A stretch of DNA of 47,142 nucleotides from a virus. Taxonomy: Duplodnaviria; Caudoviricetes. Positions 8,380 through 16,370 of the stretch are shown here, piece after piece. The stretch spans positions 1 through 47,142 of IMG/VR virus record IMGVR_UViG_3300049192_000034; one strand, given 5' to 3'. The stretch's first letter is position 1, and the number at the start of each line of letters is the position of its first letter. Both the position numbers and the translations under genes were made by a program. Under the pieces are notes generated by a model. That model was not told the DNA's origin, ran no database searches, and was given only the letters and a program-made list of their open reading frames with translations.

Positions 8380-9872
8380 GCCCCGCCCCCGAGCAGCTCG
8401 GCGGCATGCATGAACTCGACCGTGTAGTCTCCGCCACGGAGCACAGCGTCAGCCGCAGCCAGGACGGCCTCAGCCACCGCCGCGGTATTGTCCTGAGGCA
8501 AGACAGAACCCCGGACGATACGTGCCGGAAGGGTCGGATCTGGTTCCAACGACCCCGCGATTGCTGCAGGTTTCTGCCGTAGCGAACCACGCTGCGCAGA
8601 TTCAAATCCTGTAACGCCCACCAAAATACCTCCTGAATTCTCGTCGATTGCGTCGTCGCCGGACGATTCGTCAGACAGAACGCGAGGCAGCTGGGGGAAC
8701 ACTTGACCGAAGCCGGCGGTCAGGTTCTCGGCCTCACGGATGTAGATTTCCGTCGTGCGTGGGTCTTCGTGACCCGCTCGACGCTGAAGCTTGCGGGAGT
8801 CGTCCCCCCGGATGGCGCACCACGTGATGCCCGTCGCGCGCAGGTCGTGGAACGTGATCGGCTTGCGCGTCGTCGACGCAGCAAACAGATCCGAACGCGA
8901 CACACCCGCGAGCCGCAGGTGACGACGCAGGTACTCGGAGAGGATGCCGGGGGACGGCATCGCCTCGATGAGGCGACCGCGACGACCACGCGTCAGCATG
9001 CGGAGCAGCGGAGCGACGGCAGGTTCGATCGGAACGCGTCGCGAGGCTTTCGTCTTCGTGGCCTGCACGGTGCCGCGATTGCGCACGCGGTCCACTGCTT
9101 GGTGCACGTGGATGACCCCGTGCTCGTGGTCTACGTCCGTGCACTCGATGCCCTCGAGCTCACCAGCGCGCACGTATGTGTAGACCGCCACCGCGTAGAG
9201 GCGACGCCACCGGATGCCGATGCGTGAGCAGTGAACGAGCCGAACGAACTCGGACGGGTAGAGATAGTTCTTGGCCTTCTTCACGCCGCGGTCAGGACCA
9301 GCAACGCCTTCGGCCGGGTTGTCATCGCGGACACGCAACCGTGCGACCTTCGACTTGCACGCGTCCGAGAACATCTGCGACGCGTTCGACCACGCGAGGA
9401 TCGCGGTCTTCCACCCGAAGCTGCGGCGCTTGCCCTCGTGGTCTGTGTACGAGCCTGCACGCGCCTTCTCGTCGAGCGCGTTCACGACGTCGCGCAGGTC
9501 GTCCTTTGACACCGCACGCATCACGCGGTCACCGAACTTGGACCCGTCGCGCAGGACCACCGGGAGCACGTGACGCGCGAGGCGCACGGCATCATCGCCA
9601 GCGGAGGCAAGCTTGCGCTCCTTGCGGTCCTTCACCCAGTCGATCGCATACGCACGGACGGAGTCGCCATCGACCTGTGCAGGCTCGTCGAGGAACTCAA
9701 CGCCGCGCTCACGCACGAGACGGGAGACGATCTCCGCCTGCTCTCGCGCCTGTGCTTCAGTGAGGCCGAAAGGGAGTTTGACCCACGGCCGGCGCTTGCT
9801 GTTGGGCACGGAGACGCGCGCCTTCCACCGCCCACCCTCAAACTGCAGAGAACCCTTTGCCGGCCTGCCCAT
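8376..9872 (-). CDS. int: Tyrosine integrase containing attP
   Basis: RAGEL, HDLR, GH..TTEIY catalytic motifs; tRNA-derived LVGVTGFE at aa ~417-424. Confidence 0.93.
   Translation of the reverse strand: MGRPAKGSLQFEGGRWKARVSVPNSKRRPWVKLPFGLTEAQAREQAEIVSRLVRERGVEFLDEPAQVDGDSVRAYAIDWVKDRKERKLASAGDDAVRLARHVLPVVLRDGSKFGDRVMRAVSKDDLRDVVNALDEKARAGSYTDHEGKRRSFGWKTAILAWSNASQMFSDACKSKVARLRVRDDNPAEGVAGPDRGVKKAKNYLYPSEFVRLVHCSRIGIRWRRLYAVAVYTYVRAGELEGIECTDVDHEHGVIHVHQAVDRVRNRGTVQATKTKASRRVPIEPAVAPLLRMLTRGRRGRLIEAMPSPGILSEYLRRHLRLAGVSRSDLFAASTTRKPITFHDLRATGITWCAIRGDDSRKLQRRAGHEDPRTTEIYIREAENLTAGFGQVFPQLPRVLSDESSGDDAIDENSGGILVGVTGFESAQRGSLRQKPAAIAGSLEPDPTLPARIVRGSVLPQDNTAAVAEAVLAAADAVLRGGDYTVEFMHAAELLGGGA
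8501..8681. repeat. Direct repeats flanking the att core (candidate arm-type sites)
   Basis: AGACAGAAC at 8501 and 8673; CCGGACGAT(A/T)CGT at 8511 and 8659. Confidence 0.55.
8601..8623 (+). mobile_element. attP core = tRNA 3' end (probably tRNA-Val)
   Basis: TTCAAATCCTGTAACGCCCACCA = T-loop, T-stem 3' strand, acceptor 3' strand, ACCA; the 5' half of the tRNA is absent. Confidence 0.85.
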
Positions 9873-9876
9873 GGGA

Positions 9877-10185
9877 TTACCTCTTGAACTTCATTCCTGA
9901 CGCACGCAGCAGCTCAATCGGATCGATCGCTTGCGGCTTCGCGCGCGCAATGGGGCGCTTAAGGCTGCGCTGATATGCCTCGACCGGTACGACCCAGACC
10001 TTGCCGTCCAGCCGAGCCTCAGGGATGGACTTGCACCGCGCGTTGAAGCGGCGGCGCGTGATGCCAGGAGGCGGAGATGATGAGGTGTAGTGTTCGGCCG
10101 GACGCTGACTGTGCAGTTCCTGAATCGTCTCGCGCACCACACACCGCACCAGCGCAGCAAGCGCCTCGGGGAGAGTGTCAGCCAC
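9877..10185 (-). CDS. Excisionase-like DNA-binding protein
   Basis: Small basic protein directly upstream of int; IPEARLDGKVWVVP wing-like motif. Confidence 0.6.
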   Translation of the reverse strand: MADTLPEALAALVRCVVRETIQELHSQRPAEHYTSSSPPPGITRRRFNARCKSIPEARLDGKVWVVPVEAYQRSLKRPIARAKPQAIDPIELLRASGMKFKR

Positions 10186-10360
10186 GGCGCTTTACCTCCG
10201 GCTGAAACCCGCACGCCTCCAGATAAGACGCGAGGGCTAGAGCCGGCGCGCGGTCCATGGTTTCGGCGTCCTTGAGTTCGTGTGCCCACTGGCGGTTGAT
10301 GCCTGGCCAGAGGACCGCAACGCCCTCGACACGGCACCGGATGACGAATCGGTTAGCCAC
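10178..10360 (-). CDS. Hypothetical protein
   Basis: Overlap-coupled small ORF. Confidence 0.55.
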   Translation of the reverse strand: MANRFVIRCRVEGVAVLWPGINRQWAHELKDAETMDRAPALALASYLEACGFQPEVKRRG

Positions 10361-10538
10361 GGACGCGCACCAGGCGGGCGGTGTGGCCGAGGGAGCGCCA
10401 GTGCCAAAGAATGGCCATGGCGTGAGGTCGATGTGCCGTCGTCCATCGCAGCGACTTGTAACGCGTTGTCGCTTCCGGATTGGGATCCTCCGCCCAACGC
10501 TGCTCGTGGTCCCACTGCACCCTCACCTCAGATGACAT
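10353..10538 (-). CDS. Hypothetical protein
   Basis: GGAGG RBS; coupled ORF starting MSSEVRV. Confidence 0.55.
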   Translation of the reverse strand: MSSEVRVQWDHEQRWAEDPNPEATTRYKSLRWTTAHRPHAMAILWHWRSLGHTARLVRVRG

Positions 10539-10932
10539 GATGCCTCCCCGAAACGACGTTATGGACCTGTGACTTAGAGATGCCGTACCTGAGAGCGATC
10601 TTTCGCAACGAATGCCCCGCACCATAATCGCGGCGAATCATGGCCGCCGTCGTGCGCACGAGCTTGCGACCCTTGTGCGATGGCGGCCCTTCCTTGAGGT
10701 CGTAGTTCTTGCGCGGACCTTTGCGCTCATATGGCTTGCGTGGCTGTGTGGTTCCATATGAACGCCCTTTGCGACGCATACTGGTATCTGTCACATAGGT
10801 GGGTGTACCATCGATTCTGAAACCGAAGGATAGCTCACCAGCTTCTTCATGCTGACCGCGAATCCAGAGACTGCGACGTCCAAAATGTGCCGCCTCAGCG
10901 AAGCACTCCAGCACGAACTCCGAGACCGTCAC
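10528..10932 (-). CDS. Protein with C-terminal HTH
   Basis: GHSLRKIALRYGISKSQVHNVVSG. Confidence 0.7.
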   Translation of the reverse strand: MTVSEFVLECFAEAAHFGRRSLWIRGQHEEAGELSFGFRIDGTPTYVTDTSMRRKGRSYGTTQPRKPYERKGPRKNYDLKEGPPSHKGRKLVRTTAAMIRRDYGAGHSLRKIALRYGISKSQVHNVVSGRHHVI

Positions 10933-11207
10933 CGCATCCCCCGCACCGCATACAGTTCCCCAAGCTCCTCCGGCGTCAGCGTCACGCGGCGCTCGCGAAC
11001 CTCCAGCCGGCGGACGACCTTATTCGCGAGGTTTCTCTGGGCGTATTCCAGCGCCCACTCGCAGCGCTGAAGCACCGCAAGCTCCATATCGAGGTCCGGC
11101 AACCCAGCGGCGCGGGCTACCGCCACGACCACGTCTGCAGTGGTGTTGCCGTCGACGTAATCGAGCAGGCTGTCACGGTCTGCGGCGGAGAGTGAGTCCC
11201 AGTTCAT
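10929..11207 (-). CDS. Hypothetical protein
   Basis: Coupled ORF starting MNWDSL. Confidence 0.6.
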   Translation of the reverse strand: MNWDSLSAADRDSLLDYVDGNTTADVVVAVARAAGLPDLDMELAVLQRCEWALEYAQRNLANKVVRRLEVRERRVTLTPEELGELYAVRGMR

Positions 11208-11419
11208 CTGCGTAGCTCTCCCATCTCGTTGTAAATCCCACCGAACCCACGGCTGACGATGGCCGCGGCTCGGATCCAACTGTGACGTGAGCGAATAGCG
11301 CGCTCGAACGGTATGCTGACGGTGCGCTGCCCCCGACCGATAACTAGGCAGTCGTCGGTCATCGGGTAGACGTCATAACGGTGGCCGTCGTCTGTTCTCA
11401 CTGAGCAGAGTGGGAACAT
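11204..11419 (-). CDS. Hypothetical protein
   Basis: AGGAGG RBS; coupled ORF starting MFPLC. Confidence 0.55.
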   Translation of the reverse strand: MFPLCSVRTDDGHRYDVYPMTDDCLVIGRGQRTVSIPFERAIRSRHSWIRAAAIVSRGFGGIYNEMGELRR

Positions 11420-11715
11420 CACCCCTCCTTCGCGGCGAGCGCGCGGATGCGGTCTGCATATTCTCGACCGGTGCATGGCCACGGGCTGCTTTCAATCCAG
11501 CGCGCCGCCTCTTCCAACGCTTTCCGCCTCGCCTCATCCCTCTCGGCCGTGACGCGGGCGAGGGCCGAGTTGATATGTGCCGCGTCCACGACGGCCCGCT
11601 CGAACGACTCCTTCGTGACCTCAAGTTCGCCCCGCACAGCCGCGAGTTCGGCGCGGAGGCGGTCGTTCTCCGTCTGCAACACACTCGTTTTCCAGGCCCC
11701 ATAATCGCCCATCAC
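11419..11715 (-). CDS. Coiled-coil hypothetical protein
   Basis: Heptad-rich; ALEEAA..ADRIRAL motif common in phage early genes. Confidence 0.65.
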   Translation of the reverse strand: MMGDYGAWKTSVLQTENDRLRAELAAVRGELEVTKESFERAVVDAAHINSALARVTAERDEARRKALEEAARWIESSPWPCTGREYADRIRALAAKEG

Positions 11716-11990
11716 CCACCCCCTTTCGCGTCATCGGAGGCGAGGGCGGAGCGGCACTCCGCGATGAAGCAACGCTCGTCTTCAGCCGCCTCCTGGTCTT
11801 CAGAGGCGAGCGCGTCGATCGACATCTCCAGGTGGTCTGCTGCTGTCGCCAGTAACTCGCGGCACTCCGCCAGGTTTGCGCGCAGAAGGTCTCGCTCGGC
11901 GCGTGCGACGGTGAGTTCGCGTTCCATGCGGTCGGACGCGCACCGAAAGCATTCGAAGTGGTTGTGAGGACAGCTAGTGATGCTGTTCAC
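11712..11990 (-). CDS. Hypothetical protein
   Basis: GTGA coupling; CPH..CxxC then coiled coil. Confidence 0.6.
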   Translation of the reverse strand: MNSITSCPHNHFECFRCASDRMERELTVARAERDLLRANLAECRELLATAADHLEMSIDALASEDQEAAEDERCFIAECRSALASDDAKGGG

Positions 11991-12535
11991 GCCCCACCCC
12001 CCAGCGCGGCGCGGAGCAGGTCCAGCGAGCGAGGGAATCGCTCCCACGAGACGTCGTCGTGTGCCTTCAACACGGCGCTCCCCGCCTCCCTCACCCGCGC
12101 CAGCTCGGCGCGCGTCGATTTGAGATCACGGCACGCCTTCGCGTACGTGTCCTGCCAAGCCGCATCGTTGAGCCTTGCCGCACCACGAAGCTGCTCGACC
12201 TCATCACGGAGGTTGTTACGTTCGCGCGTGATGCTGTCTTTCACGAGCTCCATCCACTGCTGGTGCTTCACGCCGCGTTCGTAGAGGTCGCGCCACCGCT
12301 CACACTCCGCGAGCCCCGTCTCCATCGCGAGGTGCACGAGGGAGGCGTTTTCGTCGGCGCTATCACACGCCTCCAACGCCACCTGCGTGGCCTCGGCGAG
12401 TGCCTGTGCAGCGTGTTCCCTCTCCCTCACCACCTCCTCCAGCCCATCGAGCAGCACGCGCACGGAGTCGTCGTCCCAGTTGTTGATCGCCCGGAGCGAG
12501 CGAATGCAGTCGAGGGTCCAGGTGCCAGACGCCAT
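11987..12535 (-). CDS. Coiled-coil hypothetical protein
   Basis: Start MASGTW after GAGGGG RBS. Confidence 0.65.
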   Translation of the reverse strand: MASGTWTLDCIRSLRAINNWDDDSVRVLLDGLEEVVREREHAAQALAEATQVALEACDSADENASLVHLAMETGLAECERWRDLYERGVKHQQWMELVKDSITRERNNLRDEVEQLRGAARLNDAAWQDTYAKACRDLKSTRAELARVREAGSAVLKAHDDVSWERFPRSLDLLRAALGGGA

Positions 12536-13017
12536 CACATCAACCCCCTCTCCACAGCCACCACCGTCTCGCCCACGCGGACCAAACAGCGGCGCAAATC
12601 CAGGCGCTCCTGAGCCGTCACCACACCATCGTCCGTGGCACTCTCGACCGCGCCCACGAACTCGCCCACGACGCGCGCGAGCTTCAGAGCCTGGCGCTCC
12701 ACCGTCACACTCACCACAGAGCCTTCTTCGGCGTCGAGGTCTTCGAGCTGCAGCTGGTAGTAGCGACGGCGCACAGCCGCAGGGAGTGCCCTCACACGCG
12801 CAGCGCTCAGAGCATCGCGCCCCGCGAGCACGTGCTGGACGGCCACGCGAGACACGCCCCACGCTGCCGCGACTTCGACCTGTGACGTGCCGGTTTCCTC
12901 CATTGCAACGGAGAGAACTTCGGCGTCTGGTTCATTACTGAACAGCTGACGCGTTGCAGACGCGCTCGTTCGCGCAACTGGCGCGTACGTCCGCTCGCTC
13001 GCATTCTGGGTCGCCAT
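12535..13017 (-). CDS. CII-like regulatory protein
   Basis: N-terminal HTH (SQVEVAAAWGVSRVAV); C-terminal DDGVVTAQER motif; position downstream of cro. Confidence 0.65.
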   Translation of the reverse strand: MATQNASERTYAPVARTSASATRQLFSNEPDAEVLSVAMEETGTSQVEVAAAWGVSRVAVQHVLAGRDALSAARVRALPAAVRRRYYQLQLEDLDAEEGSVVSVTVERQALKLARVVGEFVGAVESATDDGVVTAQERLDLRRCLVRVGETVVAVERGLM

Positions 13018-13045
13018 GAGACTGCTACTCCCGAGGGTGAACGCG

Positions 13046-13156
13046 TTAGATAGAGAGCGAGGGCCGCTTAGCGGCCTTCGCCGTTTCGAGGACGTCGTGT
13101 GCAGCAAGCACCGCATCAACGACATGACGTGCACAGAGCCAGAGATAGAGACGCAT
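13046..13156 (-). CDS. 36-aa peptide
   Basis: MRLYLWLCARHVVDAVLAAHDVLETAKAAKRPSLSI with GGAGG RBS. Confidence 0.5.
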   Translation of the reverse strand: MRLYLWLCARHVVDAVLAAHDVLETAKAAKRPSLSI

Positions 13157-13172
13157 GAGACAAACCTCCGGT

Positions 13173-13203
13173 AGGGCGCCCCGAGCGGGCGCTTTCGTTT
13201 TTT
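13173..13203 (+). terminator. Intrinsic terminator antisense to the early operon
   Basis: AGGGCGCC-loop-GGCGCTTT followed by CGTTTTTT. Confidence 0.6.
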
Positions 13204-13249
13204 ACGGTTGCGCGGCGCGGGTGAATGGCCGAGCCACCACCGGCATCAG

Positions 13250-13498
13250 TTACGCGGCCTGCTGCCCCTTTGCCTCCCAGTCCACTGCTGGGATCGCTCC
13301 ACCCGTGAGAACCTCGATGGCCTTCTGCAACGAGTCCCCAGGTGTCCGCGTCCCATGTTCCCACTCACTCCAGAGTGGTTGGGATACGCCGAGCTTTTCG
13401 GCCGCAACTCGCTGGCTAATGCTTGCGGCCATGCGCCAACTCTTGAGCCGGTCTCCAATATGCCCTCGCTCGTAGGCGGGGCGACGCTTCGTCCTCAT
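13250..13498 (-). CDS. Cro-like XRE HTH regulator
   Basis: GDRLKSWR..SQRVAAEKLGVSQPLWSEWEHGTRTP; divergent from the repressor. Confidence 0.85.
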   Translation of the reverse strand: MRTKRRPAYERGHIGDRLKSWRMAASISQRVAAEKLGVSQPLWSEWEHGTRTPGDSLQKAIEVLTGGAIPAVDWEAKGQQAA

Positions 13499-13501
13499 GT
13501 T

Positions 13502-13538
13502 CATAGCTATAGCTACTGCCTCGGACGCGCGCAAGGGG
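13502..13538 (-). promoter_or_regulatory. Leftward early promoter with overlapping operator
   Basis: TTGCGC-17 nt-TATAGC; near-palindrome ATAGCTATAGCTAC. Confidence 0.6.
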
Positions 13539-13558
13539 TCCAAGTAATAGCAACATCA

Positions 13559-14173
13559 ATGACCCGAATGGATACAGTGGACACCACCATGCGCCGCGGC
13601 CGTAAGAGCCTAGACGAGCAACGCAACGAGGCGGCTCGGGACTACATCCGCGCCATCGTTGAGCAGGACTTTAAGGGGAACGTGAGCGCCGCAGCCGTCG
13701 AATTCGACGTCAAGCAACCCACGCTTTCCAATTTCCTCAACGGCAAGTCGGGCGCCGGGATCTCACTGTTGGACGGCGTGGCCAGCTACCGCAACGTCTC
13801 GCTGGACGTAGTCCTAGGTAGGGCCAAGGACGAGGGCGCGAACCGCAACAAGCGTCTCGTTATGGAGACGCCTGAGTTCGAGCGAGCCCCCGCGCCGGTG
13901 CGTGAGGCGTTCGAGTCAGTTCATCGCTTTGAGGGCGACCAGTCGGTGGTCGCCTGGGCGCTCTACCTTGACGACCTCATCAGGCTCCACGAGCGCGGTC
14001 GCCTTGAGACGCGTGGAGGACGGCCGCTCGTCGAGGCACACAGCACTCCGAACGCCGCTCCGAGCTCGCCCAGTCGGCCGAACCTCAGGCTGCTGGAGCT
14101 CCCCGTCCCCGAAAACGACCCGGAGCATGTGGACGAGGACCGCAGCACGCTCCCGCCCGAGCCCCGCACGTAG
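13559..14173 (+). CDS. CI-like repressor (XRE HTH; no S24 peptidase motif seen)
   Basis: NVSAAAVEFDVKQPTLSNFLNGK; start may instead be 13589. Confidence 0.75.
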   Translation: MTRMDTVDTTMRRGRKSLDEQRNEAARDYIRAIVEQDFKGNVSAAAVEFDVKQPTLSNFLNGKSGAGISLLDGVASYRNVSLDVVLGRAKDEGANRNKRLVMETPEFERAPAPVREAFESVHRFEGDQSVVAWALYLDDLIRLHERGRLETRGGRPLVEAHSTPNAAPSSPSRPNLRLLELPVPENDPEHVDEDRSTLPPEPRT

Positions 14174-14299
14174 GTAGATACGCCAGCGGCCGGCCACTCT
14201 GGCCGCCTCGGCACTCGAGCGGAGGTCCTGGACCTCATAGACGTCGGCGCCTAGCGCTCGTGCGTCTTCTAGGGCTTTTTGAAATAGTCCCTGATCCAT
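13916..14299 (-). CDS. Degenerate ImmA/IrrE-like protein overlapping the repressor 3' end
   Basis: Strong GGAGGGGG RBS; ARALGADVYEV..IYLRAGL..RAAVLVHML resembles the IrrE N-domain but lacks an intact HExxH. Confidence 0.5.
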   Translation of the reverse strand: MDQGLFQKALEDARALGADVYEVQDLRSSAEAARVAGRWRIYLRAGLGRERAAVLVHMLRVVFGDGELQQPEVRPTGRARSGVRSAVCLDERPSSTRLKATALVEPDEVVKVERPGDHRLVALKAMN

Positions 14300-14430
14300 A
14301 GTCCCCCCTCCGACCGCCTCGTGCTTCGGACGATCTACGTCAAGTTACATCAGAGTGACGGCCGGTCCAGTCGTGCCCATTAGGCACGGCCAGACTATGT
14401 CCCGGCGGGTCATAACTTTTTTCATGAACG

Positions 14431-14463
14431 CCCCTTGCGCGGTTCGATAGACATAGCTATCAC
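14431..14463 (+). promoter_or_regulatory. Rightward early promoter with overlapping operator
   Basis: CCCCTTGCGC-17 nt-TATCAC; GATAG-N6-CTATC inverted repeat; same architecture as 13502-13538. Confidence 0.6.
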
Positions 14464-14510
14464 TTGAATCGTCGACGGCGCGGTGCCGCGACGGAGCAGG
14501 GAGCGGGGCT

Positions 14511-14804
14511 GTGGTTATCACCGACATCGCCAACGAGACGGCTCTGGTTGAGATCGAGATCGCCCACCTGGAACCCGGCGCGGTCGTTGTCGACTACATC
14601 AATCGCTACTGGTGCGTAATCGAACTGCCGCTCGATGAGGCGTTCGAAGCGGTGGGCGCGTGTGACGTGCGCCTGTGCCGTCACTGCCAGGCGATGCCGC
14701 TTGATTGCGCGTGCGACATCGAAGCCGAGTTCGAGAGCTTGCAGTTCGACGACGAGGAATACCACGCGCACCGATACGCGCATAGCCCGGAGGTGGCGGC
14801 GTGA
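14511..14804 (+). CDS. Hypothetical Cys-rich protein
   Basis: First ORF of the rightward operon; GGAG RBS. Confidence 0.6.
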   Translation: MVITDIANETALVEIEIAHLEPGAVVVDYINRYWCVIELPLDEAFEAVGACDVRLCRHCQAMPLDCACDIEAEFESLQFDDEEYHAHRYAHSPEVAA

Positions 14805-15208
14805 GCCAGCTCGTAGAGCGCATGCACGCAGCGGAGGGTCGTGCGCGCGCTCTCCGTGCAGAGGCGGATAAGGCGGACGCGGAGGCCGCGATGCTTCGCC
14901 GGCAGATCGCCGACGCGGACGCTGCAACGCGCGTCGCCTCTCTGGCGGAAGAGAGCGTGCAGAGCGTCAATATCTACGACTCGCTCTGCAACCACGTCGG
15001 TGTTGTGGAGATGATTCTCGGGCCGTGGATGACGACCGGTTACGGCTCGCGCCGACGCCTTATGGGCATCGGCCGCGCAGGAAAACTGCTCGCGGTCTAC
15101 GAGATTCGCGACACGAAGCGAGCGCGCGGTGACGTGCGTATCCAGCAGATCCACGGCGCTCCGGTGCCGATGAACGTTCACCTGACGCTTGAAAGGCGGT
15201 TCCAGTGA
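14801..15208 (+). CDS. Hypothetical protein
   Basis: GTGA coupling. Confidence 0.65.
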   Translation: MSQLVERMHAAEGRARALRAEADKADAEAAMLRRQIADADAATRVASLAEESVQSVNIYDSLCNHVGVVEMILGPWMTTGYGSRRRLMGIGRAGKLLAVYEIRDTKRARGDVRIQQIHGAPVPMNVHLTLERRFQ

Positions 15209-15324
15209 CCAGCATCTACCCATGGTGGACGAGCATGCGTCTGATTCGCCTGCTTGAAGCCTACGACCAAGGAATCATTAGCGAGGAGTCGCTCTGCGCG
15301 GCTCTCAGGTGGTACGGGCCATGA
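15205..15324 (+). CDS. 39-aa hypothetical protein
   Basis: Coupled at both ends; MTSIYPWWTSMRLIRLLEAYDQGIISEESLCAALRWYGP. Confidence 0.45.
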   Translation: MTSIYPWWTSMRLIRLLEAYDQGIISEESLCAALRWYGP

Positions 15325-15503
15325 ACCTGGAACCGCAGTCCCACGAGGACCCAAGAGACGCGAACGAGTGCCGTATCTGTGGCGAGCAATCGCGCAGGAC
15401 GGTGACGGTCAACTACCACGGATGGAGCCCGCGGCAGACGTACTGCGTGGACTGCATCGAAGCACTGGCAGTAGCAGCGGCAGCGACGGAGGAGGCAGCA
15501 TGA
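15321..15503 (+). CDS. Small Zn-finger protein
   Basis: CRIC..CVDC. Confidence 0.6.
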   Translation: MNLEPQSHEDPRDANECRICGEQSRRTVTVNYHGWSPRQTYCVDCIEALAVAAAATEEAA

Positions 15504-15700
15504 CCACGGAAACCCGTAGATACACCGAGGAACAGATGGACGCGATCGTGCTCTGGGCTGCCGCGCAGCAGACGTACGATATGGAACTCCTGCACGGCAA
15601 CAGCGATCGGTTGTTCGCGGCTGAGCGCATGATTCAGAGGGCGTGCTCGCGCGTGGTGTCGCTGTTCTATCCGGTGGAGGTGTGCGATGTCGCCGCGTGA
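15500..15700 (+). CDS. Hypothetical protein
   Basis: GGAGG RBS; ATGA coupling. Confidence 0.6.
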   Translation: MTTETRRYTEEQMDAIVLWAAAQQTYDMELLHGNSDRLFAAERMIQRACSRVVSLFYPVEVCDVAA

Positions 15701-15938
15701 ACGCGAGACCCTCCGCCGTGCGCTCTCGGAAAACCGAGAGATGCGCGCCACGCACGAAGCCTGGAGCCGCTCGGCGCGCCGCATCCTCGCTATCCGTGAG
15801 ATCGGTACGGACTTCTCTAGCTCGCAGGCCCGACTCGCTCTTGAGGTGCTGCTGAACGACCTGGCCGAGTCCTCGTTCCGGCCCACGCACCTCCGCGTCG
15901 TGACCGTGGAGCCTGAGCTGGTTGAGGAGGGGGCGTGA
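15687..15938 (+). CDS. Hypothetical protein
   Basis: GGAGG RBS. Confidence 0.6.
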   Translation: MSPRERETLRRALSENREMRATHEAWSRSARRILAIREIGTDFSSSQARLALEVLLNDLAESSFRPTHLRVVTVEPELVEEGA

Positions 15939-16117
15939 TGGTGAACGTGCAGGCGATTGAGGCCCGCAACGATGCCGAGCGTCGCGAGCTCAGGGACCGG
16001 TTCGCGATGGCGGCGCTCACCGGTCTCTGTTTCGGCCGCCAGGACAATGTCGACGCGTTTGCCCGTGAGGCCTACCTGGTTGCCGACGCCATGCTCCGGG
16101 CGAGGGAGGGGAAGTGA
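15935..16117 (+). CDS. Conserved small phage protein
   Basis: LRDRFAMAALTGL..AYLVADAMLRAR, a widespread phage early-gene motif. Confidence 0.75.
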   Translation: MMVNVQAIEARNDAERRELRDRFAMAALTGLCFGRQDNVDAFAREAYLVADAMLRAREGK

Positions 16118-16160
16118 AGCTCTGCCCGCATAAACACCCGAATCCGTGGAAGGGGGAGGG

Positions 16161-16370
16161 ATGAGCGGAAGCCCAGACTACATCGCATTCTGGCTCGTTT
16201 GGAAGCAGAGCAACTCCACTTGGAACGGGCCGTTCAAGACGCACAACGAAGCAGTCATCGCGGCGAAGGACGCGGCACTTCAGGAAGTGGGCGAACGATT
16301 CTACATCCTGAAGTCCGAATGCATGGTCGTCACTGAAGCGGCCACGGTTTACACCCTCCGTGAGCGCTAA
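16161..16370 (+). CDS. Hypothetical protein
   Basis: GGAGGG RBS. Confidence 0.6.
   Translation: MSGSPDYIAFWLVWKQSNSTWNGPFKTHNEAVIAAKDAALQEVGERFYILKSECMVVTEAATVYTLRER

Noticed and set aside
8560-8623. Complete tRNA gene inside int
   Set aside because: Only the 3' 23 nt match; the 5' T-stem strand is imperfect and the D and anticodon arms are missing
14345-14533. 62-aa minus-strand ORF across the rightward promoter
   Set aside because: No RBS or motif; overlaps the regulatory region
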